From: Acidimicrobiales bacterium
GTDB lineage: Bacteria > Actinomycetota > Acidimicrobiia > Acidimicrobiales > Ilumatobacteraceae
Direction: 5' to 3'
DNA: 64,000 nt
Assembly (NCBI GenBank): GCA_038203385.1
Contig: JBBREA010000001.1
Span: forward strand, 25,196-89,195
The translations under genes and the position numbers were made by a program. Below the pieces are notes generated by a model. That model ran no database searches. It saw only the letters and a list, made by a program, of their open reading frames with translations, and was not told the origin of the DNA. Each line of letters begins with the position of its first letter. The stretch's first letter is position 1. Shown piece after piece: positions 30,249-39,383 of this stretch.

Positions 30249-30973
30249 CCGGCCAAGAGGAGGGCGGCGAGGCCGCCGAGTGCGCACACGGCAGGCGCCT
30301 CGGGATCTGCGTCGAGCGGCGCACGATCTGCACGGTCGGCTGTGGGGATCGCGTCGTCCTCCGGCACGAAAAGCACCACGCGCCCATCAAGTGCTTTCTC
30401 CACTGCGATGCGGTCGACGTCGTCGACCATCCGGTTGGCGACGATGACGATCGGGCCCGACGTGTGCTCCGCAGCGAGCACAGCCGCCCTCGACGCGACC
30501 TCGAGCGACTTCACGGTCGGATCCGTCACGACGACGATTGCGTCGACGCGAGTCTCGCCGAGTCGGGTGAGCGTTCCCGTTCCGGCTTCGAAGTCGGCTA
30601 CGACGATCGTGTCCTCATCGATGTCGAGTCCGAGCAACTGCTCGGGGGAGACCCCGCATCAAGGGCAACCGTGGTCGGGGTCCTCGATTTTGGAGACCAT
30701 CGCCAGGCGGACTCCGTCTGGAGCGTCGGCGCCGAAGCGGTCGATGATCTCTTGCCAGGACCGAGCGTGCTCGACGTCGTCGCCGACCCCGTCGCGCAGC
30801 GAGAGCAGAGCCTCGGTCGCTGCCAGGCCCACTCCGAGCGACAATCCGAGGTTTGGATTGGTGTCACAGTCGAGGGCGACCACCCTGTGACCGGTCCTCG
30901 CGAGGGTGCGGGCGAGGATGGCAGATGTCGTCGTCTTGCCTGCACCGCCCTTGCCGACTACGGCGATCTTCAC
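30245..30973 (-). CDS. CooC-like ATPase, predicted selenoprotein (Sec at codon 105, C-P-U-C)
   Basis: GKGGAGKTT, LDCDTNPNL, HGCP-TGA(30661-30659)-CGVSPEQLL...ADFEAG. Track ORFs 30659-30973 and 30245-30637 are in frame. Confidence 0.83.
30626..30654 (-). promoter_or_regulatory. Bacterial SECIS-like hairpin
   Basis: Minus strand CCGAGC-AGTT-GCTCGG starting 13 nt after the UGA, G at loop position 2 followed by U. Possible lower stem GGGTC/GACTC. Confidence 0.72.
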
Positions 30974-31731
30974 GGCGACTCCCTTCTCAAAGTGTCGACC
31001 AGGGATCGTATCGCATCGACCGCCGGCGAACCCGGGGCGTAGTCGAGCAATGGCACCCCGGCTCGCTCGGCAGCCGCGACCTCACGGTCACGGGGCACGA
31101 CGCCGACGACGCGCAGGCCGCTGAATTCCGCCAGACGCGTCGCGTCTGGCGTACCGATCGCTTTGTTCGCGATCGCCACAACCCGTTGACCGCTGCCGCC
31201 GGGGGCCGCAAGCCGCGCGAGTCGGCGCGCCGACAGCATCGACGAGGGAGTGGCCTCGGCCACCACCACCAACATGTCAGCGAAGCCGGCCCATCCGAAG
31301 AACGCCTGCCGGGTGCCGCCCGGGAGGTCCCCCACGAGGTGCAGGTCGGTCGTCTCGGCAAGTGCGCGCACGATGAGCCGGAAACCCTGCTGCGCCGGAC
31401 CGACGGAGCGAACATGACCGCGCGGCTTGCCGAATTGCAAGAGTCGAACACCGTCAGGTCCCTCGGCCGCGTACGCATCGATCGCCTCGATCCCCATCAT
31501 CCCGCCCCGGAGTTGCCACTCGCTGTCAGGACCGTTTCCGATCTTCTCGGCGAGATCCGCCGGGAGGGCAGTGTCGGTGCTCGGGACGCCGAGGGAGATC
31601 GCGAGGCCAGGCAGTGGGTCGCTGTCGATCGCGACGACTCCACGATCGTCGGTTCGTGCGAGTAGACGACAGAACGAGCCGGCGATCACCGACTTGCCTG
31701 CACCTCCCTTGCCGACAAACGCGATTCGCAT
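30970..31731 (-). CDS. CooC-like ATPase lacking the CxC motif
   Basis: MRIAFVGKGGAGKS, IDSDPLPGL, GPDGVRLLQFGK. GHVRS replaces the Cys motif and GDLPGG occupies the switch region. Confidence 0.8.
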   Translation of the reverse strand: MRIAFVGKGGAGKSVIAGSFCRLLARTDDRGVVAIDSDPLPGLAISLGVPSTDTALPADLAEKIGNGPDSEWQLRGGMMGIEAIDAYAAEGPDGVRLLQFGKPRGHVRSVGPAQQGFRLIVRALAETTDLHLVGDLPGGTRQAFFGWAGFADMLVVVAEATPSSMLSARRLARLAAPGGSGQRVVAIANKAIGTPDATRLAEFSGLRVVGVVPRDREVAAAERAGVPLLDYAPGSPAVDAIRSLVDTLRRESP

Positions 31732-31754
31732 GGTGACCAGCCTCCCACAGCGCG

Positions 31755-34040
31755 TCAGCACGTCGCAGCCGCGATCGCGGCCTGACCGATGCTGATGCCT
31801 CCGTCGTTCGGCGGGACCCGGCGGTGGACGAGGACCTCCAAGCCCGCATCGACGACGGCGCTCTCGACGAGCGATGTCAGCATCGCGTTCTGGAACACGC
31901 CTCCGGTGAGCGCCACGGTCTGCAACCGCTCCCGGCGGGCGATGACGATCGCCGCTCGGGCGAGCCCGCTGGCCAGGCGCCTGTGGAAGTCGATGGCGAT
32001 CTCGGGCGCCGATCGCCCTGCGATCCGGCCCGCCAAGGCATCGGCGACGAGCGCCGATGGGTCAAGCACCCATGGGCGGTCCGCATCCGGCTCCCCGATC
32101 CAGGTCCCGTCCACCGACGGAGCAGAACGCTCTTCGACGTAAGCGCTGGCGGCCGCCTCGAGTTCGACCGCAGCCTGTCCCTCGTAGCTCACCGTTGGGC
32201 GGAAGCCGGCGAGCGCGGCGATCGCGTCGAACAATCGGCCGCCGCTCGAGGTCATCGCGGTAGCACGGTGGTCGGACAGGGAGAGCACCGCTCGCCACCG
32301 AGGGTCGAGAGTCGGGCCGAGGTGGGCTGCGGCATCCGGACCGGAGGCGACGGCGACCCACGCAAGGGCCATCCGCCACGGCTCGCGAATCGCGACCGAT
32401 CCGCCCGGCAGCGGAACGGGACGCAAGTGACCGACCCGCCTGGATTCGCGAAGGTCCGCCACCAAGAGCTCGCCTCCCCACAGGCTGCCGTCCGATCCCA
32501 TCCCGAGCCCGTCGAACGCGACGCCGAGCACGGGTCCCGTCCGGCCGTGATCGACGAGGCATGACGCCACGTGCGCGTGATGGTGTTGAACGCCGAGAAC
32601 GTGCCTATCGGAATCAACAGCCCACTTCGTCGACAAGTACTCGGGATGGAGATCGTGGACAACCACCTCAGGGTCGATGCCCGTGAGCTCGACGAGATGA
32701 GCGATCGCCTGCTCGAACGCCGCGTACGCGGCGGGGTGCTCCAGGTCGCCGAGATGGTGGCTGGCGACGATCTGATCACCGGCAGCGACGGCGACGGTGT
32801 TCTTCAGCTCGGCACCGACAGCGAGGATCCTGAGCACAGCCGGGCTCGGCAGTCGCAACGACTCCGGCGCATACCCACGCGAGCGGCGCACGAGCTGCGC
32901 CCGCCCACCGACGGCGCGCACCACCGAGTCATCGCAGCGGATCTCGATCGGCCGGTCGTGGTGCAAGAAGCCGTCACAGAGGTGTGTGAGGTGCGCTCGG
33001 GCCATGTCGATGCCGGCGGCGATCGGCTCGTGGGTGCGGTTGCCGCTGGTCATCACGAGCGGGCGGCCGACTCCCTCGAGGAGGAGGTGATGAAGCGGGC
33101 TGTACGCCATCATCACGCCGACATCGGGCAACCCCGGCGCGACGCCGGTTGCGATGGTCGTGTGCCTGCGGCGGCGCGCAATCACGATCGGCCGCCGCTG
33201 AGAGGTCAGCTCTGCGCGACCAGAGTGGTCGAGCGTGACGAGTGCCGAGGCCTCCTCCGCAGATGCGACCATCACAGCGAAGGGCTTGTCGTCTCGTGCC
33301 TTTCGTTTGCGCAGGCGGTCAACGGCGGCGGCGTCGTCCGCAATGACCGCCAAGTGATAGCCGCCGAGTCCTTTCACGGCGACGATTTCTCCCTCGAGCA
33401 GGGACGAGATTGCAGCAGCGAGCGCGTGTTCTCCGCTCAACGAGGTGCGAATCTCACCGGCGCGTTCCCACATCAGCGTCGGTCCGCAGGCGGGGCAAGC
33501 GATCGGCTCGGCGTGGAACCGCCGGTCGGCGGGGTCGTCGTACTCCGCGCGACAGGAAACACACAGGGGAAATCCGGCCATCGTGGTGCTGGCGCGGTCG
33601 TACGGGAGCGAGCGGATGATCGTGTATCGCGGCCCGCAGTCAGCACAGTTGGTGAACGGGTAACGAAAGCGGCGCGCCAACGGATCACGCATCTCCTGAA
33701 GGCACGCTTCACAGGTCGCCACGTCAACGGGCACTGCCAGCGCCGGGCCGGTGCCCGCCGTACTCGGTACCACATCGAAGCCGCGCAACCCGTCGGCTGC
33801 GATCTCGGCGATCTCGATGAGATTGATTCGCGCCAGAGCGGGCGGCATTCGGTGGAGACGCTCGACGAAGGCGTCCAGCGGCGCGGATTCTCCTTCGATC
33901 TCGATGATCAGCCGATCCCGTTCGTTACCTGCCCAACCGTCGAGGCCGAGCTCACGAGCCTGACGTACCGCCCACGGTCGGAACCCGACGCCCTGCACCG
34001 CGCCGTCGACGACGACCCTTCGGCGGAGCCGCGGGCCCAT
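31755..34040 (-). CDS. hypF: Carbamoyltransferase HypF
   Basis: VQGVGFRP acylphosphatase domain, CxxC zinc fingers, KGLGGYHL, HHHAH, PPNDGGISIGQ. Confidence 0.95.
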   Translation of the reverse strand: MGPRLRRRVVVDGAVQGVGFRPWAVRQARELGLDGWAGNERDRLIIEIEGESAPLDAFVERLHRMPPALARINLIEIAEIAADGLRGFDVVPSTAGTGPALAVPVDVATCEACLQEMRDPLARRFRYPFTNCADCGPRYTIIRSLPYDRASTTMAGFPLCVSCRAEYDDPADRRFHAEPIACPACGPTLMWERAGEIRTSLSGEHALAAAISSLLEGEIVAVKGLGGYHLAVIADDAAAVDRLRKRKARDDKPFAVMVASAEEASALVTLDHSGRAELTSQRRPIVIARRRRHTTIATGVAPGLPDVGVMMAYSPLHHLLLEGVGRPLVMTSGNRTHEPIAAGIDMARAHLTHLCDGFLHHDRPIEIRCDDSVVRAVGGRAQLVRRSRGYAPESLRLPSPAVLRILAVGAELKNTVAVAAGDQIVASHHLGDLEHPAAYAAFEQAIAHLVELTGIDPEVVVHDLHPEYLSTKWAVDSDRHVLGVQHHHAHVASCLVDHGRTGPVLGVAFDGLGMGSDGSLWGGELLVADLRESRRVGHLRPVPLPGGSVAIREPWRMALAWVAVASGPDAAAHLGPTLDPRWRAVLSLSDHRATAMTSSGGRLFDAIAALAGFRPTVSYEGQAAVELEAAASAYVEERSAPSVDGTWIGEPDADRPWVLDPSALVADALAGRIAGRSAPEIAIDFHRRLASGLARAAIVIARRERLQTVALTGGVFQNAMLTSLVESAVVDAGLEVLVHRRVPPNDGGISIGQAAIAAATC

Positions 34041-35131
34041 CAGCAGATGCGCGGCAGGGGGTCGCCGACGAGGAGATCGACGATCCGTGCCCCACCGAAG
34101 GCGGTCGTCATCGTGACCATGCCAGGAGGCTCCGAGGTCACCTCGCCGATCACGGCGGCACCGCGCCCGAGGGGGTGAGCGCTCATGGCGGCAAGCGCAG
34201 CGCCGGTCTGATTCGGCGGGACGATCGCCACGAGGCGCCCTTCGTTGGCGACGTACAGCGGATCGATGCCGAGCAGCTCGCACGCCGCCCTGACCTCTGG
34301 TCGCACCGGGAGAGCGGCCTCGTCCAGCACGACGCCGCAGGCAGCCGCCACTGCGAGCTCGTTCACAGCGCTGGCCACGCCGCCCCGCGTCGGATCACGC
34401 AGCCAACGGGTCTGGGGTGCAGCAGTCATCAACACCTCCACGAGTCCGTTGAGGGCGGCGGTGTCGGACCGAACGTCGGCCTCGATCGCAAGATCCCCTC
34501 TGGCGAGCATGATCGCGATCCCGTGGTCACCGATCGATCCGGAGACGATCACGCAATCTCCTGGGCGGACGAGCTCATGGGACAGGCGGCGCCCTTGCGG
34601 GACGACGCCGACTCCGGTGGTGGTGATGAACAGCCGATCCGCGGCGCCCCGCGGCACGACCTTGGTGTCACCGGCGACGATCTCCACCCCGGCGATGGAG
34701 GCGGCCGCCGCCATGTCGGCCACGAAACCGCGCAGTTCGTCGACGGCGAGGCCCTCCTCGAGGACAAAGGCTGCGCTGATCCACGACGGCTGCGCGCCGA
34801 CCATCGCCAGGTCGTTCACCGTCCCGTTGATGGCGAGATCGCCGATCGAGCCGCCAGGAAAGCGCTGCGGTGTCACGACGTACGAGTCGGTGGTGATCGC
34901 GACGCGCTCACCGCCGATCTCGACCACCGCGGCGTCGTCCATCCGCCTCAGCACAGGATTCGCGAACGCGTCGAGGAACACCGCGTCGATCAGCGCAGCC
35001 GATGCTTTGCCACCGGCGCCGTGGGCCGTGGTGACGTGGGAGTCGGTGAGTCGCGGTCGTCGGCGGCGGAACTTCTCGATTCTGGCCTGAACTGCAGCCT
35101 CGCGATCTGCAGTGCCGTCCCCGGCGGTCAT
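34040..35131 (-). CDS. hypE: Hydrogenase maturation protein HypE
   Basis: HGAGG, GDTKVV, RDPTRGG, C-terminal LPRIC. Confidence 0.96.
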   Translation of the reverse strand: MTAGDGTADREAAVQARIEKFRRRRPRLTDSHVTTAHGAGGKASAALIDAVFLDAFANPVLRRMDDAAVVEIGGERVAITTDSYVVTPQRFPGGSIGDLAINGTVNDLAMVGAQPSWISAAFVLEEGLAVDELRGFVADMAAAASIAGVEIVAGDTKVVPRGAADRLFITTTGVGVVPQGRRLSHELVRPGDCVIVSGSIGDHGIAIMLARGDLAIEADVRSDTAALNGLVEVLMTAAPQTRWLRDPTRGGVASAVNELAVAAACGVVLDEAALPVRPEVRAACELLGIDPLYVANEGRLVAIVPPNQTGAALAAMSAHPLGRGAAVIGEVTSEPPGMVTMTTAFGGARIVDLLVGDPLPRIC

Positions 35132-36252
35132 CCGGCGGTGACCGGAATCCGACCCCGGCCAGCGAAGCGGCCGAAGTTGTAGTAGGCGGCGCACGCGCCC
35201 TCGGACGAAACCATGCAGGTGCCGATGGGCGTCTCCGGGGTGCATCCCGTGCCGAACACCTTGCACTCCCACGGTTTGATGACGCCCTTCAGGACTTCCC
35301 CGCACTGGCAAGCCTTTGGATCCGCGACGCGCACTCCCGGGATCTCGAATCGATCCTCGGCGTCCCATGCAGCGAACTCGGGACGAAGTTTCAGCGCACT
35401 CTGCGAGATGAATCCAAGGCCTCGCCACTCGAAGTGCGGCCGCAGCTCGAACACCTCACGCAGCACTGCAATCGCTCGCGAGTTGCCCTGCTCACGCACG
35501 CACCGGATGTATTGGTTCTCCACCTCGCAACGGCCCTCCGCGATCTGGCGCAGCAGCATGACGATCGCCTGGAGGATGTCGAGTGGCTCGAAGCCAGCCG
35601 TGACGAGCGGCTTGCCGTACTGCGCGGGCACGAAGCGGAACGGCGCGTTGCCGACAACTGTGGCCACGTGTCCCGGACCGAGGAAGCCGTCCAAGCGGAG
35701 GTCGGGAGATCCGAGTATCGCCCGCAGCGGGGGAACGATCGTCACATGGTTGGAGAAGACCGAAAAATTTGCGACCCTCGCCTCGCGAGCTCGGAGGAGC
35801 GTCAAGGCGGTGGACGGCGCAGTGGTCTCGAATCCGACGGCGAAGAACACGACCTCGCGGTCAGGGTTGCGCTCGGCCAGTTGCAGCGCGTCCATCGGCG
35901 AGTACACCATCCGCACGTCGGCCCCGTGCGCCTTCGCCTCGAGCAGCGTGCCCGAACCGCCCGGCACGCGCATCATGTCGCCGAAACTCGTGAATATCAC
36001 CCCAGGCTGCTGGGCGACGGCGATCGCGTCGTCCACCCGTCCCATCGGGATGACGCACACCGGGCATCCGGGCCCGTGGACGAGCTCGACGTTCTCGGGC
36101 AAGAGACCCTCGATCCCGTGCCGGTAAATGGTGTGAGTGTGCCCGCCGCACACCTCCATGAAAGCGAGCGGGGTGCTACCCGCAAGGAGGTAAATCTCGG
36201 TGAGCACCGCTTGCGCCGCCACCGGATCGCGAAACTCGTCGACGAACCTCAC
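35128..36252 (-). CDS. hypD: Hydrogenase maturation protein HypD
   Basis: MEVCGGHTH, GPGCPVC, GFETT, CMVSSEGACAA. Confidence 0.96.
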   Translation of the reverse strand: MRFVDEFRDPVAAQAVLTEIYLLAGSTPLAFMEVCGGHTHTIYRHGIEGLLPENVELVHGPGCPVCVIPMGRVDDAIAVAQQPGVIFTSFGDMMRVPGGSGTLLEAKAHGADVRMVYSPMDALQLAERNPDREVVFFAVGFETTAPSTALTLLRAREARVANFSVFSNHVTIVPPLRAILGSPDLRLDGFLGPGHVATVVGNAPFRFVPAQYGKPLVTAGFEPLDILQAIVMLLRQIAEGRCEVENQYIRCVREQGNSRAIAVLREVFELRPHFEWRGLGFISQSALKLRPEFAAWDAEDRFEIPGVRVADPKACQCGEVLKGVIKPWECKVFGTGCTPETPIGTCMVSSEGACAAYYNFGRFAGRGRIPVTAG

Positions 36253-36896
36253 GACGGCCCAGGTCGTTCGAGGTGAGTGCTGATCAGCGCCACGAGCTTT
36301 GCTGCGACGGCGGTCTGCGCCTCCTGGATTCGGTGCACGGAGTCGGAGTCGATGCACAGACAATGATCCACGCGCGTCCGCAACGCACCGCCTCCGTAGC
36401 CGGCGATGGCGATCGTGAGGATCCCTCCGCGGCGCGCGTGGTCCACCGCGGCAAGGACGTTCGCCGAGCCCCCGCTCGTCGAGAACGCGATGACGACGTC
36501 GCCCGGGCGCCCGTGGGCTGCGAGTTGGCGAGCGAAGATCACGTCAATTCCTATGTCGTTGGCGAGCGCAGTCAGCACAGCCGGCTCTGCGGCAAGCGAG
36601 ATAGCCGGCAGCGAACGGGGTGCGGCGGCATCGCACATCCGCACGAACGCGGAGGCGTCGGTAGCGCTCCCCCCGTTGCCCAACGCGAGAATCCGACCGC
36701 CTGCGCGCACACGGCCTGCGGCAGGGATGGCGGCTTGCGTGAGCTCCGCCTCGAGCTCGACGAGAGTTCGCTGCCTGAGAGTTCGGCTTTCGTCCCACTT
36801 CGCCGCCGCCGAACGTCCGAGGTCGGCCAGCACCTCCGCAGGATCGCGAGCGGTCTCGCCGAGGAACGGATAGAGGAAACCTGTGTCCTCAACCAC
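36249..36896 (-). CDS. SIS-domain (GmhA-like) protein in the hyp operon
   Basis: GNGGSATDA, TALAND, FSTSGGSAN, HRIQEAQ. Confidence 0.88.
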   Translation of the reverse strand: MVEDTGFLYPFLGETARDPAEVLADLGRSAAAKWDESRTLRQRTLVELEAELTQAAIPAAGRVRAGGRILALGNGGSATDASAFVRMCDAAAPRSLPAISLAAEPAVLTALANDIGIDVIFARQLAAHGRPGDVVIAFSTSGGSANVLAAVDHARRGGILTIAIAGYGGGALRTRVDHCLCIDSDSVHRIQEAQTAVAAKLVALISTHLERPGPS

Positions 36897-37584
36897 GAGT
36901 GGCTCCGAGGATCACGGGCGCTTCCAACCGTTTGATCGCGACACCTGCGTGCACAATGACCAGATCGCCCGACTGACACGGCTCCACGAGGGTCAGGTCG
37001 ATGTGACGGCGGAGGCCGGCCACGATGACCGTGGAGTCGAATCCCGCGGTCGCGACGTCGACCTCGCCGAGCTCGCCTGCATCCATGCAGGCGGGACACG
37101 TCGAAGCCTCGGCGGCACCGTCGAGTAGGTCGGGTTGCTCGGAGCACACGTGGGTGAGCTCCCACAGCAGGTGGTAGGCGCAGACGATGTCAGCATGGTC
37201 GGCCGCCGCGCCGAGCCACACCACGTTCGCGCCTGTATCGATGGTCGGCCGCTCGCCGTGAGCGAGCAGGATCGCGCCGATACCCCACGCTGGGGCGCGC
37301 CCGACAACGTCGAGGAGTCCGGCGTCGTCTCCGGACCCGATTGCGACGAGGACGTCACCGGGCCGTGCGGAGTGCCGTAGACGAGCGGCTGCACCGTCGG
37401 GTGCCAACACGATCGCGGGTCGGGCGCGCTTGCCGACGATCACCGGGTGCACGAACTCCACCGCAAGGTGCTCGGCGTGGGTGGGCCACGCCGGCGACCA
37501 GCACCACAGAGTCGCCCCCCGATGGAAATGACGCGCAAGGACGAGCGACGCAGACGCGAGCGCATCATGTGGTGCAGCGGTCAC
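36889..37584 (-). CDS. Degenerate SIS domain fused to a CxxC-HypC/HupF-like domain
   Basis: HLAVEFVHPVIVGKRA...YHLLWELTHVC, then CPAC and GDLVIVHAGVAI. Confidence 0.75.
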   Translation of the reverse strand: MTAAPHDALASASLVLARHFHRGATLWCWSPAWPTHAEHLAVEFVHPVIVGKRARPAIVLAPDGAAARLRHSARPGDVLVAIGSGDDAGLLDVVGRAPAWGIGAILLAHGERPTIDTGANVVWLGAAADHADIVCAYHLLWELTHVCSEQPDLLDGAAEASTCPACMDAGELGEVDVATAGFDSTVIVAGLRRHIDLTLVEPCQSGDLVIVHAGVAIKRLEAPVILGATRG

Positions 37585-37859
37585 GGCGATGAGCCTTGCT
37601 CCATCTGCGCGATCTCCTCGTCGTAGACGGAACCCAGCATCTTGATGAAGTCCAGCGTGCGCTTCGCCTCGTCCTCGTCGATCTTCGCCATTGCGAATCC
37701 GACGTGGATCAGCACCCAGTCTCCGACACCGATCCCACCCTCGTCACCGGCAACCAGTTCGACGTTGACCTCGCGCCGCACGCCATCCACTTCCGCCACG
37801 GCCTGGTGCGGTCGCGCTGGATCGTAGACGACTATCTGGCCGGGGAGCCCGAGGCACAT
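37581..37859 (-). CDS. hypC: Hydrogenase chaperone HypC
   Basis: MCLGLPGQI, GDWVLIHVGFAM. Confidence 0.96.
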   Translation of the reverse strand: MCLGLPGQIVVYDPARPHQAVAEVDGVRREVNVELVAGDEGGIGVGDWVLIHVGFAMAKIDEDEAKRTLDFIKMLGSVYDEEIAQMEQGSSP

Positions 37860-38632
37860 CAGCGAACCCCTGTTCTCGCGGCGAGAACCGCATCGAGCAC
37901 TCGGCCCACAGCGACGGACACGGGCCCGGCGGGGTCGGCGTCGAGCAGGGGGCGAGCCGTGCGGTCGGCGTCGATCACGGCATCCGAAAACGGGACTTCA
38001 CCGAGGCGGGCCAGCCCATGGCGATCGCAGAACTCTGCCACGGCTTCACTGTCGGCCACCGAGCGAACCTTGTTCGCGACTACGACCGTGCGCGTGGATG
38101 GCAGCTCGGCGGCGAGGTCGGCCAGTCGACGCGTCGCTTCCAGAGAGCGGTAGTACGGCTCGGTGACGAGCACAAGCACGTCCGCGAATCGAGCAGTGCC
38201 GCGGCTCACATGCTCGGGAGACGCCTCGAGGTCGACGACCGTGAGCGTTTCTGGTTGTGTCTCGCCGAGTTCTGCGAGCACCGCACTGACGGCAGCGTGT
38301 GCAGAGCACAGACAGCCCTCACCGGCATGCGCTGGCGCACCCATGAGGAGCAGACGCACGCCGTCCGGTGCGACGGTGCCGTGCGCGGCAAACACCTCGT
38401 CGACCGACACGGTGAGACTGGGCCCGGTGAGCTTGCGCGAAACGGACGAGGCCGGGATTCCCGCGAGTCCAGCCGCAAGAGCGGGGGCCACTCCGAGCGC
38501 GGCGGCGATGTTCGGGTTGCTGTCGGCATCGATCGCGACGACGTTCATGCCTCGACGCGCGGCGAGGCGAGCCAGCGTGGCCGCGATCGTCGTCTTGCCG
38601 GCACCGCCCTTTCCCGCCAACGCAACCCTCAC
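37859..38632 (-). CDS. CooC-like nickel-insertion ATPase with canonical Cys motif
   Basis: GKGGAGKTT, IDADSNPN, GEGCLCSAH, VDLEASPEHVSRG. Confidence 0.88.
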   Translation of the reverse strand: MRVALAGKGGAGKTTIAATLARLAARRGMNVVAIDADSNPNIAAALGVAPALAAGLAGIPASSVSRKLTGPSLTVSVDEVFAAHGTVAPDGVRLLLMGAPAHAGEGCLCSAHAAVSAVLAELGETQPETLTVVDLEASPEHVSRGTARFADVLVLVTEPYYRSLEATRRLADLAAELPSTRTVVVANKVRSVADSEAVAEFCDRHGLARLGEVPFSDAVIDADRTARPLLDADPAGPVSVAVGRVLDAVLAARTGVR

Positions 38633-38985
38633 GATGATCCGAGGACGCGCGTCGCCCTGTCGACGAGCTCGCCGAGTAGTCCGACCGTCGACTCGATCTC
38701 CGCCACCTCAACCGCGAGCGCAGCACGTCCTTCGGGGGTGAGCGCGTAGGTGCGTCGCGGCGGCCCCGACGATGAAATCTCCCACCACGACTCGAGCGAT
38801 CCCTGCTGCTCCATCGACCGCAACATGCGGTAGAGCCCTCCGGTGTCGATCGCGATCAAACCCAAACCCGGCAGCTGTTCGAGCAACTCATACCCGTGAG
38901 ATGGACCTGGCGCGACGAGCACGAGAAGAGTGGTGCGCAGGTACGACCTGGGAAGCTTGCGTTCGGTGAATCTGCCCTCCATCAT
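38629..38985 (-). CDS. PadR-family transcriptional regulator
   Basis: HGYEL, GGLYRMLRSME, GPPRRTYALTPEG. Confidence 0.9.
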   Translation of the reverse strand: MMEGRFTERKLPRSYLRTTLLVLVAPGPSHGYELLEQLPGLGLIAIDTGGLYRMLRSMEQQGSLESWWEISSSGPPRRTYALTPEGRAALAVEVAEIESTVGLLGELVDRATRVLGSS

Positions 38986-39383
38986 CGGTTCCCATCATGC
39001 TCATGGCCATGGCCGCGACGTTGGGCCACACAGGCGTCTGACTCGTCGACCGACATGTGACACCAACAGTCGTCACTGCACTCGCCGTGGGTGGGTCGCA
39101 TCAGTTCGTCGAAGGACAGGGCGAACTCAACTCCGCCCTCCTCCAGCCCGCGCTCGGACAGCGTGTACCAAGTGCCATCGCGGTGGAGGTACTCCTCCTC
39201 GACGAGTCGGTCGAGATAGGAGATGCCGTTCGTTGCGTCGACGCCGAGGAAGCGTTCGATCAGCGGCGGGTCGACGAGATCCCCGAAACCCTCGCCGCGC
39301 AGCCAGTACATCACCTGAAGGATCTCGCTACGCCAGTACATGGCGCGCAGCGCCTCGCTCTTCGGCGGCTGAAGCTCAGACAT
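38982..39383 (-). CDS. Hypothetical winged-helix-like protein with Cys/His-rich C-terminal tail
   Basis: WRSEILQVMYWLRGEG, tail HGECSDDCWCH...C...HGHEH. Confidence 0.75.
   Translation of the reverse strand: MSELQPPKSEALRAMYWRSEILQVMYWLRGEGFGDLVDPPLIERFLGVDATNGISYLDRLVEEEYLHRDGTWYTLSERGLEEGGVEFALSFDELMRPTHGECSDDCWCHMSVDESDACVAQRRGHGHEHDGNR

Noticed and set aside
29490-30973. cooC-like genes as ordinary nonsense pseudogenes or four separate small ORFs
   Set aside because: Each has a single in-frame TGA exactly in the Cys motif, no other lesion, and a correctly spaced hairpin. Sec recoding is the simpler explanation, though unproven.
29490-38632. Ni-CODH/ACS cluster, or ParA/MinD partition genes
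   Set aside because: No cooS/acsB or parB/minE genes are present. The motifs and hyp-operon coupling fit CooC-like maturases.
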